Shown in pieces: positions 17,720 to 26,683 of a stretch of 60,309 nucleotides of DNA. Position 1 is the first letter of the stretch, and each line of letters opens with the position of its first letter. The DNA comes from Acidobacteriota bacterium (GTDB taxonomy: Bacteria > Acidobacteriota > Terriglobia > Versatilivoradales > Versatilivoraceae): assembly GCA_022821775.1 (NCBI GenBank), contig JAJECY010000307.1, forward strand, positions 1-60,309, written 5' to 3'. The notes below the pieces were generated by a model that was given only the letters and a program-made list of their open reading frames with translations, made no database searches and was not told the origin of the DNA. The position numbers and the translations under genes were made by a program.

Positions 17720-19189
17720 TCACTCGGAACGTATTGGAAGGGCAACCACTTCAGCGGTACCGAACCGGTCCCACCCGGAACGGCCCGTCGGATTCGATCC
17801 CGTCACTACCGCGACCGCCCTGGTCGTACTGAGGTGGGCCTTGGCGGCTCCCTGAATGTCTTCCGGGGTCAATCTCCGGACATGGTCGCCGAACCGGTGC
17901 AAGAAATCCTTGGAAAGAGAAAACAGCTCCATCTGCGTCAACTCATCGGCAACGGCTTCGGGGGATCGCATTCTTTCCCCATGACTGGCGATGAGTCGTG
18001 TCTTTGCCGACTCCAGCTCAGCCTCCGAAACCGGAGTTTGCTTGAGGCTTTCAACAGCCTCCAGGATGGCCGTCAGTGCACCCGGGGCAGCCTGCTCGGG
18101 AACCTTGGCCAATACCTGCAACATGCCCCCGATACGGAAAAACCGAATCCGACTGTCGAGAAACAGATAGTTGATCCGGTGAGCCAGAAACACGCGGCTG
18201 AGGCGGGACCCGGTACCCAGCCCTCCCAACAGCAAGTTCAGAACCTCCAGGCTGTAGAAGTCGCTGCTCGATCGTCGTGGAGTCCTGTGGCCGAAGACGA
18301 TTCCCGCTTCCGAGCCGTCCTCTTCTTCACCCACAAGCTGGATAGACAGACGATCCAATCGCGGGAACTCGGGATAACCGGGTTCCTGAGAGACCCCCTT
18401 GGTCCAGGGTCCCAGCTTTTCCCGGGCTGCATCCAACAGCTCCCGCCCGGGAATGGGGCCGACCACAATCAGGGAGGCATCGTTGGGAATGTAGTGGCGC
18501 CGCCGGAAGTCGTCCAGGTCACCGTACAGGATGGCCTCCGCGCCTTTCCTCCTTCCGGAACCGCTTCCATAGGGATGATCTCCGAAGATCGCTCTTCTGA
18601 AACGCCCGTGGTCCAGACCATCCGGAGTATTTCCGGGAGGATCTTCCTTCACCGGTGCGGCGGCCTGCGTGACCTTGTCCTCAAACGGCGGCGGAGCCAA
18701 GGCAGCTCCCAGCAGGTCAAGGAAGGTGCGCAAGCGGCGGGGAGGCATGTCGGCTCGGAGAATGGTGGCATCGGGCTGGACGTCCACCCGCAGCTCGATA
18801 CCCAGCACCTGGAGCTCTTTGGTGTCATCGGGAGATTGGACGAGCAGCCGGCGGGCCGACAGACGCGCCAACCCGGGCTTATGGGACGGCTCAAGGGTCG
18901 ACCCCGACCTGACCAGGAGATTGACAACCAACCGGTCGTCGCCCTGCCGATGCAGGAGCAGGATTCGCAAACCGTTGAGTAGTTGGAACCGCTGAACAGT
19001 TGGGTTTCCTCCGGCGTCGCGCTCCGCGGCCTCCCCGAAACCGGATTCCGGCAGGGCGCCCAGGAGCAGGCCGCTTGCCAATGCCGACCCCAGCCAGACC
19101 AGCCTGCCGACGGCCGCAAGCCCCCTTCGATCGGACCCGATCCACCGGGTGATCGGTCCCCGGAACAACCCCCCAGAGTAACCTTGCAA
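17720..19189 (-). CDS. M16 (pitrilysin/insulinase) family protein, probably a non-catalytic subunit
   Basis: LLNGLRILL, FGDHPYG, HYIPNDASLIVVG, LLGGLGTGSRL, ELESAK; the HxxEH site is replaced by GLARLSARR. Confidence 0.82.
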   Translation of the reverse strand: MQGYSGGLFRGPITRWIGSDRRGLAAVGRLVWLGSALASGLLLGALPESGFGEAAERDAGGNPTVQRFQLLNGLRILLLHRQGDDRLVVNLLVRSGSTLEPSHKPGLARLSARRLLVQSPDDTKELQVLGIELRVDVQPDATILRADMPPRRLRTFLDLLGAALAPPPFEDKVTQAAAPVKEDPPGNTPDGLDHGRFRRAIFGDHPYGSGSGRRKGAEAILYGDLDDFRRRHYIPNDASLIVVGPIPGRELLDAAREKLGPWTKGVSQEPGYPEFPRLDRLSIQLVGEEEDGSEAGIVFGHRTPRRSSSDFYSLEVLNLLLGGLGTGSRLSRVFLAHRINYLFLDSRIRFFRIGGMLQVLAKVPEQAAPGALTAILEAVESLKQTPVSEAELESAKTRLIASHGERMRSPEAVADELTQMELFSLSKDFLHRFGDHVRRLTPEDIQGAAKAHLSTTRAVAVVTGSNPTGRSGWDRFGTAEVVALPIRSE

Positions 19190-19612
19190 CGCCTGACCTC
19201 CTGAAATACGGGTCGGCCCGGAGGCGACATCCGGCCCGATTGGAATAGCCGCGGGCCTGTTCGAGCGTTCCCCGAACCCGGGTCAACCTGCCTGTTTCCA
19301 GTGTATCAGACCGATTGCCTGGCTGAAACACATCAGGCGGAGCCCCGGTTGACGGGCCGGGATGGTTTCTGATATGAGTATTGCCCACTTCACGTTATGT
19401 CAGCTCACCCTCATTGCTGCTTGCCTGGAATCGTTCATCCTGCCGCATGTGACGAATCAAAACCTTTGGGCGCCCGGCCGGGCTGGCGACATCCCTGTGG
19501 CCCCAGGTTTCGGAAGGAGAGGTGAGGGCGCTGGCTGCAAGGACAACCTTCCGGGGAAGCGGCTTTCCAGTTGCGACCGGCCAGCGCCGCTGACCTGCCA
19601 ACCAAGGGAGAC

Positions 19613-20320
19613 ATGCCCAGAACTCAGCCCAAAGCCAAGGTGAGGACTTCGTCGAAAACAGCGTCGCCCGAACTCAACCCGATCACTGGATCAAAGGCCG
19701 CCGGGTCCACCGGGGACGCGACCGCCAAGCAGACCGCTTCCCCCAAAGCCGTGGGTCCCCGGTCTTCACGGCGTTCCGGCAGAAAAACAGCCCAGCCGCG
19801 AGCCGGCTCGGCCCACCCGGGCCGAAGCTCCCTGATCAAGCAGTACGAGAGGGCGGTTCGTCTGCTTTATCGTCAACAATTCGAGCAGGCGAGAGAAGCG
19901 TTCGAGAAAGTGATCTCCGCCGACGGTGGGGACAAAGAGATAAACGAGCGGGCTCTGACCCACATCAGACTGTGCCAAAACAAGATGGCCCGCCGCCAAC
20001 CTGTCCTCAAGACCACGGAGGAACTTTACAATGTCGCCATTACCCTGATAAACGACGGCCGGATCCAGGAGTCGATCAAGCACCTCAATCGGGCGCAGAA
20101 GCGGAGCCCCAAGTGTGACTACGTGATCTACGCCCTCGCGGTATGCTACTGTCGACTGGGAAACAGGGACCGCGCCCTGAAACATCTCAAGCTTGCTATC
20201 GACCTGAAGGTGGAGAACCGCTTCCTGGCCCAACGAGATACGGACTTCGAGCCGTTCATGAGAGACTCCCGGTTTGCCTCGCTGGTCTTTCCGGAGGAAC
20301 CCCCAGAAGCAACATCGTAG
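19613..20320 (+). CDS. Tetratricopeptide-repeat protein with basic low-complexity N-terminus
   Basis: TPR-like helices (YALAVCYCRLGNRDRALKHLKLAI) and C-terminal AQRDTDFEPFMRDSRF; RBS AGGGAG. Confidence 0.8.
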   Translation: MPRTQPKAKVRTSSKTASPELNPITGSKAAGSTGDATAKQTASPKAVGPRSSRRSGRKTAQPRAGSAHPGRSSLIKQYERAVRLLYRQQFEQAREAFEKVISADGGDKEINERALTHIRLCQNKMARRQPVLKTTEELYNVAITLINDGRIQESIKHLNRAQKRSPKCDYVIYALAVCYCRLGNRDRALKHLKLAIDLKVENRFLAQRDTDFEPFMRDSRFASLVFPEEPPEATS

Positions 20321-20334
20321 GCGGTTCGCACTCA

Positions 20335-20511
20335 GTGCTTTCCAAGATCAGCCCATTCTCCCCAGCCATCAGAATCGTCTCCATCGGAGGAGGAACGAGT
20401 CTCTCCCGCCTCCTTTCGGGGCTCAAGCATTTTGTGGCGATATTCGATGCCCGTATGGCCCTCGATCGCCTCCAGCCGCCACTGCCCGCGTCGGCCTCCG
20501 CTCAGACATGA
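20335..20511 (+). pseudogene. N-terminal remnant of YvcK/GlmR (CofD-like) protein
   Basis: IRIVSIGGGTSLSRLLSGLK matches the YvcK N-terminal IVxIGGGTGLSxLLxGLK; only ~58 codons, with its stop overlapping the glmU start. Confidence 0.65.
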
Positions 20512-21296
20512 ATCCAACCCGCGTCCTGATCATGGCGGCCGGAAAGGGCACGCGCCTCAAGTCGTCCCTGCCGAAAGTGCTGCAGCCATTGGCGGGACGG
20601 CCGCTGATGGAACACCTTCTGCAGACCGTCGAGGCCTTGAACCCCCGGCACACTCTGGTGGTCGTGGGGCATCAGGCCGCCTTGGTGAAGTCGAGGCTGA
20701 GGCACCGGGCCGTTGAATTCGCCGAGCAGGTTCCCCAACTGGGAACCGGACATGCCGTGCAGGTTGCCAGAGACTGGTGGTCCGGCAAGCCCGGCAACCT
20801 TCTGATCCTGTCGGGCGACGTGCCGTTGATTTCAGCCGGGACCCTCCGGAAAATGATCCAGCTGCACGATCGAACCCGCGCCGGCCTCACGCTGCTTTCG
20901 ACCCGGCTGGACGACCCCACCGGCTATGGCCGGGTGATCCGGGCGGAAGACGGGGGGGTTCGGGGTATCGTCGAACAGAAAGAGGCCGGCCCTTCCGAGC
21001 TGCAGGTCAAGGAGGTCAACACCGGGCTCTATTGCTTTCGAATTCCGGACCTGTCCGAAGTCATCGACCGATTGACCGCCGACAATCGCCAGAAGGAGTA
21101 CTATCTTACCGATTGCGTGGGCCTCTTGAGCCGCCAGGGGAAAGCGGTGGAGGCCGTGGTCTGCGACGATTGGCTGGAGGTCATGGGAGTCAACAGCCCG
21201 ATCGATCTGGCTCGCATGGAAAAAGTCCTCCGGGAACGCCGCTCGGAACATCGGAAATCCCACGCACCCGCCGTCATAGAACCTGGATCCGTTTGA
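20508..21296 (+). CDS. glmU: GlmU-like UDP-GlcNAc pyrophosphorylase, uridyltransferase domain only
   Basis: AAGKGTRLKS, PKVLQP, QLGTGHAV, SGDVPLI, PTGYGRVIR, EVNTG, EYYLTD, GVNS; ends at 262 aa with no hexapeptide acetyltransferase domain. Confidence 0.85.
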   Translation: MNPTRVLIMAAGKGTRLKSSLPKVLQPLAGRPLMEHLLQTVEALNPRHTLVVVGHQAALVKSRLRHRAVEFAEQVPQLGTGHAVQVARDWWSGKPGNLLILSGDVPLISAGTLRKMIQLHDRTRAGLTLLSTRLDDPTGYGRVIRAEDGGVRGIVEQKEAGPSELQVKEVNTGLYCFRIPDLSEVIDRLTADNRQKEYYLTDCVGLLSRQGKAVEAVVCDDWLEVMGVNSPIDLARMEKVLRERRSEHRKSHAPAVIEPGSV

Positions 21297-21308
21297 GGCA
21301 ACCGCTCC

Positions 21309-23159
21309 ATGTGCGGAATCATTGGATACGCAGGAAGCGAGCCGGCTGCCCCCGTGCTGTTGGATGGGCTGAAACGCCTGGAGTACCGGGGATACGATTC
21401 AGCCGGAATCGCGGTCATCGGGGACCATGGCCTCCACATCCGCAGGGCGTCGGGCAAGGTCGGAAACCTTGAAGAGGCGGTCAGGGACAACCCCTGTGAG
21501 GGGACTATCGGCATAGGCCACACCCGCTGGGCAACCCACGGCAGACCGACGGAAGAAAACGCCCACCCCCACCGCGACTGCCGGGGGGAATTCGTGGTGG
21601 TCCACAACGGAATCATCGAAAACTACCTGCCCCTCAAGAAAGCCCTGGCGGCCGATGGACATCGCTTCGTCACCGAAACCGACACCGAGGTCATCGCCCA
21701 CCTGGTCGAAAAACACTATGAGGGCTGCCTGGAGGAAGCGGTCCGCAAGGCCGTCGGGAAAATGACCGGCCTCTACGCTCTGGTGGTGCTCTCCCTGCAT
21801 GACCCCGGCAGGCTGGTCGCGGCCCGCCAGGGCCCGCCGGTCGTCATCGGCCTCGGCAACGGGGAGTCCTTTGTCGCCTCGGACATCCCGGCGATCCTGA
21901 GACATACGCGGGACATCGTTTATCTGGGCGACGGCGATCTGGCCGCTATCGGCCCTACCGTGCTCAAGGTGACCGATTCCCGGGGCCGCTCGGTGACACC
22001 CAGAGTGCAGCGCATCACTTGGGACCCCGTCATGACCGAAAAGGGTGGATTCAAGCATTTCATGCTGAAGGAAATTCACGAACAGCCCCAAGCCGTTCGG
22101 GAGGCCACCATGGGGCGTATCTCACGAGATACCGGGAAGATCATCCTCGACGAAATGAAGTTGACGGAGGAGGATTTCCGGCGAGTGGAGCAGATTCGCC
22201 TGATCGGTTGCGGAACCAGCTGGCACGCCGCCCTGGCCGGAAAGTTCATGATCGAGGGCTTGGCCCGGGTGCCGGTCGAGGTGGAGTACGCCTCCGAGTA
22301 CCGCTACCGGGACCCCATCGTTCCTCCCCACACCCTGGGAGTCCTGATCACCCAGTCGGGAGAAACAGCCGACACCTTGGCGGCCCAACGGGAAATCCGG
22401 AGACTGGGAGCCCCCAACATCGCCATCTGCAACGGCGTGGGAAGCATGATCACCCGGGAGGCCGACGGCGTTCTCTACACCCATGCCGGGCCGGAGATCG
22501 GCGTGGCCGCGACCAAGACCTTCACCACCCAGTTGACCTCTCTCTTCCTGTTTGCGCTGTATCTGGCCGGTGTAAGGAAAACCGTCAGTCAGCAGCAGAC
22601 CCAGGCCCTGATCGAAGAACTGGCCCGGGTGCCGCACTTGATGGAGTCGTGCATCGGACAGGCATCCCGTCTGGAGGCCCTTGCCAGGCGTCTGTTTCGA
22701 AGCGTGCACCTCCTGTTCCTGGGACGCGGCATCCACTTTCCCATCGCTTTGGAAGGCGCGCTCAAGTTGAAGGAAGTCTCCTACATTCACGCCTCGGGCT
22801 ACCCGGCAGGCGAAATGAAACATGGCCCCAACGCCCTGATCGACGAAGACCTGCCGGTAGTCGTGATCGCGACCAGCGAAGCCGGCAATCCCCGATCCAC
22901 GATTCTCTACGAAAAGACCCTCAGCAACATCAAGGAGGTCAAGGCCAGAGACGGGCAGGTCGTCTCTCTGGTGACTCCTTCCAACACCGAAGCCAGGGAT
23001 GCCTCCGACTTTCACATTGAAGTCCCCTCGAGCAAGGACCTCCTGCTTCCCATCCTGGAGGCCGTTCCACTCCAGCTCCTGGCCTATTTCATCGCGGTCC
23101 GCCGCGGCTGCGACGTGGATCAACCGCGAAACCTGGCCAAGAGCGTTACCGTGGAATAG
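21309..23159 (+). CDS. glmS: Glutamine--fructose-6-phosphate transaminase (isomerizing)
   Basis: MCGI N-terminal Cys, LEYRGYDSAG, GHTRWATHG, QSGETADT, GALKLKE, PRNLAKSVTVE. Confidence 0.98.
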   Translation: MCGIIGYAGSEPAAPVLLDGLKRLEYRGYDSAGIAVIGDHGLHIRRASGKVGNLEEAVRDNPCEGTIGIGHTRWATHGRPTEENAHPHRDCRGEFVVVHNGIIENYLPLKKALAADGHRFVTETDTEVIAHLVEKHYEGCLEEAVRKAVGKMTGLYALVVLSLHDPGRLVAARQGPPVVIGLGNGESFVASDIPAILRHTRDIVYLGDGDLAAIGPTVLKVTDSRGRSVTPRVQRITWDPVMTEKGGFKHFMLKEIHEQPQAVREATMGRISRDTGKIILDEMKLTEEDFRRVEQIRLIGCGTSWHAALAGKFMIEGLARVPVEVEYASEYRYRDPIVPPHTLGVLITQSGETADTLAAQREIRRLGAPNIAICNGVGSMITREADGVLYTHAGPEIGVAATKTFTTQLTSLFLFALYLAGVRKTVSQQQTQALIEELARVPHLMESCIGQASRLEALARRLFRSVHLLFLGRGIHFPIALEGALKLKEVSYIHASGYPAGEMKHGPNALIDEDLPVVVIATSEAGNPRSTILYEKTLSNIKEVKARDGQVVSLVTPSNTEARDASDFHIEVPSSKDLLLPILEAVPLQLLAYFIAVRRGCDVDQPRNLAKSVTVE

Positions 23160-23292
23160 CCCATCGGAGGCCGGGATTCTCCCCCCGACAATGCGGTTGT
23201 CAGCCCCCGGGATGGCGCTATAATCAATACCATCGATCGGAAAAAGCGGAATCCGGATGGCATGGACGAAGCCTTCCCGGCAGGACACTTCC

Positions 23293-24780
23293 ATGAGTCG
23301 ACCCAAGACCCTGGGTGAGTTGAAAAGAACCGGATGGGCAGCTCCCGGAATGCGGCGCCGCACGGTGAAGGAGGAAATGCGGGCCAATGCCATCTCTCAG
23401 TTGCAGGCAGGGACCCGACTGTTTCCGGGAATCGTGGGGTATGACGATTCGGTGGTTCCCCAGGTGGTCAACGCCATTCTGTCCCGTCACAACCTGATCC
23501 TGCTGGGGCTGCGCGGTCAGGCCAAGTCCAGGATTCTGCGAGGGCTCACCCAGTTCCTGGACGAGGAAATTCCGGTCATGGCCGGCTGCGAGATCAACTG
23601 CAACCCCTTCTGCCCCCACTGCCGGGCCTGCCGCAACAGGTTGAAAGAGATGGGAGACGAGGCGCCCGTATCCTTTTTGCCCAGGGAAGCCCGCTACGTG
23701 GAGAAGCTGGCCACGCCCGACGTGACCATCGCCGACATGATCGGGGACGTCGACCCCATCCGGGCCGCTCGCAGCGGGCTCAACCTCGCCGACGAGTTGA
23801 CCATCCACTACGGACTGCTTCCACGAGCCAACCGGGGCCTGTTCGCCATCAATGAGCTCCCCGACCTGGCCGGGAAGATCCAGGTGGGACTCTTCAACAT
23901 TCTGCAGGAGGGGGACGTCCAGATCAAAGGTTACCCCGTGCGTTTCGAGTTGGACGTGGTGATGGTCTTTACGGCCAATCCCGAGGACTACACCGCCCGC
24001 GGAAAAATCATTACTCCCTTGAAAGACCGCATTGGGGCCGAAGTGAGGACCCACTATCCGGCCGCCCTCAAGGAGGGCATCCGGATCACCGAGCAGGAAG
24101 CCTGGCTGAACCGGCCGGGGAGTGCAAACCGATTGCGGATTCCCCGCTTTATCCAGGAAGTGGTCGAGACCATCGCCTTTATGGCCCGCCGGGACAAGAA
24201 GGTGGACAAGCGCTCCGGAGTGAGTCAGCGGCTGCCCATCACCGTCCTGGAGAACGTGGTCTCCAATGCCGAGCGCCGCTGCATAGCCAGCGGAGAAAAG
24301 AAAGTGGTTCCTCGCATCAGCGACGTTTACGCCGCCCTGCCCTCCATGACCGGCAAGCTGGAACTGGAATATGAGGGGGAGTTGCGGGGGGCCGAAAAGG
24401 TGGCCCAGGACCTGATTCGCGGCGCCGTGGGAAAGGTTTTTTCCCGCTACTACGACCCGGCGAAGCTCAAGCACATCGTGGACTGGTTCGATCTGGGCGG
24501 AGCCCTGAAGCTTTCCGACACCGCCCCGACCGCCGAAACCTTTGAGCAGATGAACCAGATTCAGGGACTGGTGGAAAAGACAGCCTCTCTGGAACCGCGC
24601 CGGAAGGGACGCAAAGACCCGGCATTCCTGGTTTCCGGCTGCGAATTCATCCTGGACGGGCTTCACGCCTTGCGCAAGATCGATCGCAGCGAGGACAAGG
24701 GTTACTTCGCTTCGGAAAAAAAGAGGCCGCAGGCCTTCATCGACGACCAGCCCGCCCGGCGGCGGCGATCCTTCAACTGA
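23293..24780 (+). CDS. Magnesium-chelatase-like AAA+ ATPase
   Basis: Walker A variant GLRGQAKS, Walker B variant FAINELPDL, TANPEDYT, RGKIITPLKDR; followed by a vWA gene. Confidence 0.85.
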   Translation: MSRPKTLGELKRTGWAAPGMRRRTVKEEMRANAISQLQAGTRLFPGIVGYDDSVVPQVVNAILSRHNLILLGLRGQAKSRILRGLTQFLDEEIPVMAGCEINCNPFCPHCRACRNRLKEMGDEAPVSFLPREARYVEKLATPDVTIADMIGDVDPIRAARSGLNLADELTIHYGLLPRANRGLFAINELPDLAGKIQVGLFNILQEGDVQIKGYPVRFELDVVMVFTANPEDYTARGKIITPLKDRIGAEVRTHYPAALKEGIRITEQEAWLNRPGSANRLRIPRFIQEVVETIAFMARRDKKVDKRSGVSQRLPITVLENVVSNAERRCIASGEKKVVPRISDVYAALPSMTGKLELEYEGELRGAEKVAQDLIRGAVGKVFSRYYDPAKLKHIVDWFDLGGALKLSDTAPTAETFEQMNQIQGLVEKTASLEPRRKGRKDPAFLVSGCEFILDGLHALRKIDRSEDKGYFASEKKRPQAFIDDQPARRRRSFN

Positions 24781-24782
24781 CT

Positions 24783-26039
24783 GTGAAGAACGTCAAATAC
24801 TCCAAGTACACGGGCCTGGATTGGGACTCCCTGAGTCTGGAGGAGCTGCTCAACCACCTCTCCGACTTCCTGCTGCAGAGTGGCTTCTTCCAGAACCCCT
24901 ACGGCCGGCATCCCTTCGACCAGGACCACAACCTGCAGAACCTCCACGACGCCATCCTGGACGCTCTGCTCAACCAGGACATGCTGTCCGAGGAAATGCT
25001 GGAGAAGCTTATGGAGGGCTCCGGCGAGGACCTGGAAGCCAGGCTATCCGAGTTGGTGCAGAAACTGATCGAACGCCTGGAGGAAGAGGGGTACCTTTCC
25101 TACCCCGAGAACCTGCCGGCCGAGGGCGAACCCTCACAGCCGGGGCCGGGCCACGAGAACAGTCAAGCCGGCCAGGTGCGCTTCGAAATGACCAACAAGA
25201 GCCTCGACTTTCTGGGGTACAGGACCCTGAAGGACCTGCTGGGTTCCCTGGGCCGAAGCCAGTTCGGACGGCACGACACCCGGGAGATGTCCTCGGGAAT
25301 CGAAGCCAGCGGAGCCTCCCGACACTATGAATTCGGGGACACCCTGAACCTGGACGTCAGCGGCACGCTGCTGCAGGCCGTCCGGCGCGAAGGACTGGGG
25401 ATGCCCCTGAAGCTGGACTATCCCGACCTCCTGATCCATCAATCGGAGTACCAGAGCTCATGCGCCACCGTTCTGATGCTGGACTGCAGCCACAGCATGA
25501 TTCTCTACGGGGAAGACCGCTTCACCCCGGCCAAGCGCGTGGCCATGGCCCTGGCCCACCTGATTCGGACCCAATACCCCGGGGACTCGCTGAACCTGGT
25601 CCTGTTCCACGACTCGGCGGAAGAGCTTCCCCTGAGCCAACTGGCCCGGGTCCAGGTGGGCCCCTACTACACCAACACCTGCGAGGGGCTGCGCCTGTCC
25701 CAACGCATCCTGGCCCGACAGCGCAAGGACATGAAGCAGATCGTCATGATCACCGACGGCAAGCCTTCGGCTCTCACCCGGGAAGACGGCAGGATCTACA
25801 AGAATTCCTTCGGGCTGGACCCGGAGGTGGTGCGTGAGACCATCCGAGAGGTGGCCGCCTGCCGCAGGTCCGGCATCATGATCAACACCTTCATGCTGGC
25901 CAGGGATTACGAACTGGTCAGCTTCGTCAAGAAGGTCACCGAGATCTGCCGGGGCAAGGCCTACTTCACCACTCCCTACACCCTGGGCCAGTACCTGCTG
26001 CTGGACTACATGCAGAACAAGGTGAAGACCATCCACTGA
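24783..26039 (+). CDS. von Willebrand factor A domain protein (partner of the AAA+ ATPase)
   Basis: MIDAS motif [23 protein letters not shown]. Confidence 0.88.
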   Translation: MKNVKYSKYTGLDWDSLSLEELLNHLSDFLLQSGFFQNPYGRHPFDQDHNLQNLHDAILDALLNQDMLSEEMLEKLMEGSGEDLEARLSELVQKLIERLEEEGYLSYPENLPAEGEPSQPGPGHENSQAGQVRFEMTNKSLDFLGYRTLKDLLGSLGRSQFGRHDTREMSSGIEASGASRHYEFGDTLNLDVSGTLLQAVRREGLGMPLKLDYPDLLIHQSEYQSSCATVLMLDCSHSMILYGEDRFTPAKRVAMALAHLIRTQYPGDSLNLVLFHDSAEELPLSQLARVQVGPYYTNTCEGLRLSQRILARQRKDMKQIVMITDGKPSALTREDGRIYKNSFGLDPEVVRETIREVAACRRSGIMINTFMLARDYELVSFVKKVTEICRGKAYFTTPYTLGQYLLLDYMQNKVKTIH

Positions 26040-26148
26040 CCACCGGCCGGCGGTCAGCCGCAATCATCCGTCCCATCGCTCTCCTGCATTCAACTGGATT
26101 TCGCCGAAACGAACGTGCTATAAGGTCGGTCCAAAGTCCCACCCCCTC

Positions 26149-26238
<90 letters not shown>

Positions 26239-26265
26239 CGATATTCCACAAGAAATTCAATTCCG

Positions 26266-26643
26266 CTACTTCAATCGGCGGTTGAGACGGACGGCCTTGA
26301 GATGGGGTGAGCGGGCGATGACGGACAACTGGGCGCCGGTGGCTTCGGCGGCAAAGGCTCTTGAAGCTCGCAGCCAGCGCGGGGGCGAATCGAGAACCGT
26401 CTCGAGGAATGCACGGGTCTGGGCGGCCTTCTCTTCGAGATCCGAGAGGTTCCGGGGGGCTTCGGGCATGACCCTGTCGGGCGCGAGACCTCCGGCGCCC
26501 CCCGCGGTCGACTCTCTCAATCCGACTTTTTGGGGAGGAACGTCGAGCTCAATGATGACGCTGGCCTTTTGCTCCAGTCCTTTGCTGGCCATGCGTTGCA
26601 GCTCTTCACCCTGAAGCTTGTCCAGGCGATTGGTCTTGCTCAC
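26266..26643 (-). CDS. Small protein resembling a stand-alone subtilase propeptide (I9-like inhibitor)
   Basis: GAGGA precedes a GTG start; SVIIEL...SRAFAAEATGAQL...SPHLKAVRLNRRLK parallels the upstream protease prodomain SVIVRM...SRCVVLQTTKDDL...EPLIGDIYPNRVLR. Confidence 0.65.
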   Translation of the reverse strand: MSKTNRLDKLQGEELQRMASKGLEQKASVIIELDVPPQKVGLRESTAGGAGGLAPDRVMPEAPRNLSDLEEKAAQTRAFLETVLDSPPRWLRASRAFAAEATGAQLSVIARSPHLKAVRLNRRLK

Positions 26644-26683
26644 CAATGTCCTCGCTGGGCTATTCCCCTCATTATACTGCGCC

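Noticed and set aside
21297-21308. glmS ribozyme
   Set aside because: Only 12 nt separate glmU and glmS, leaving no room for it.
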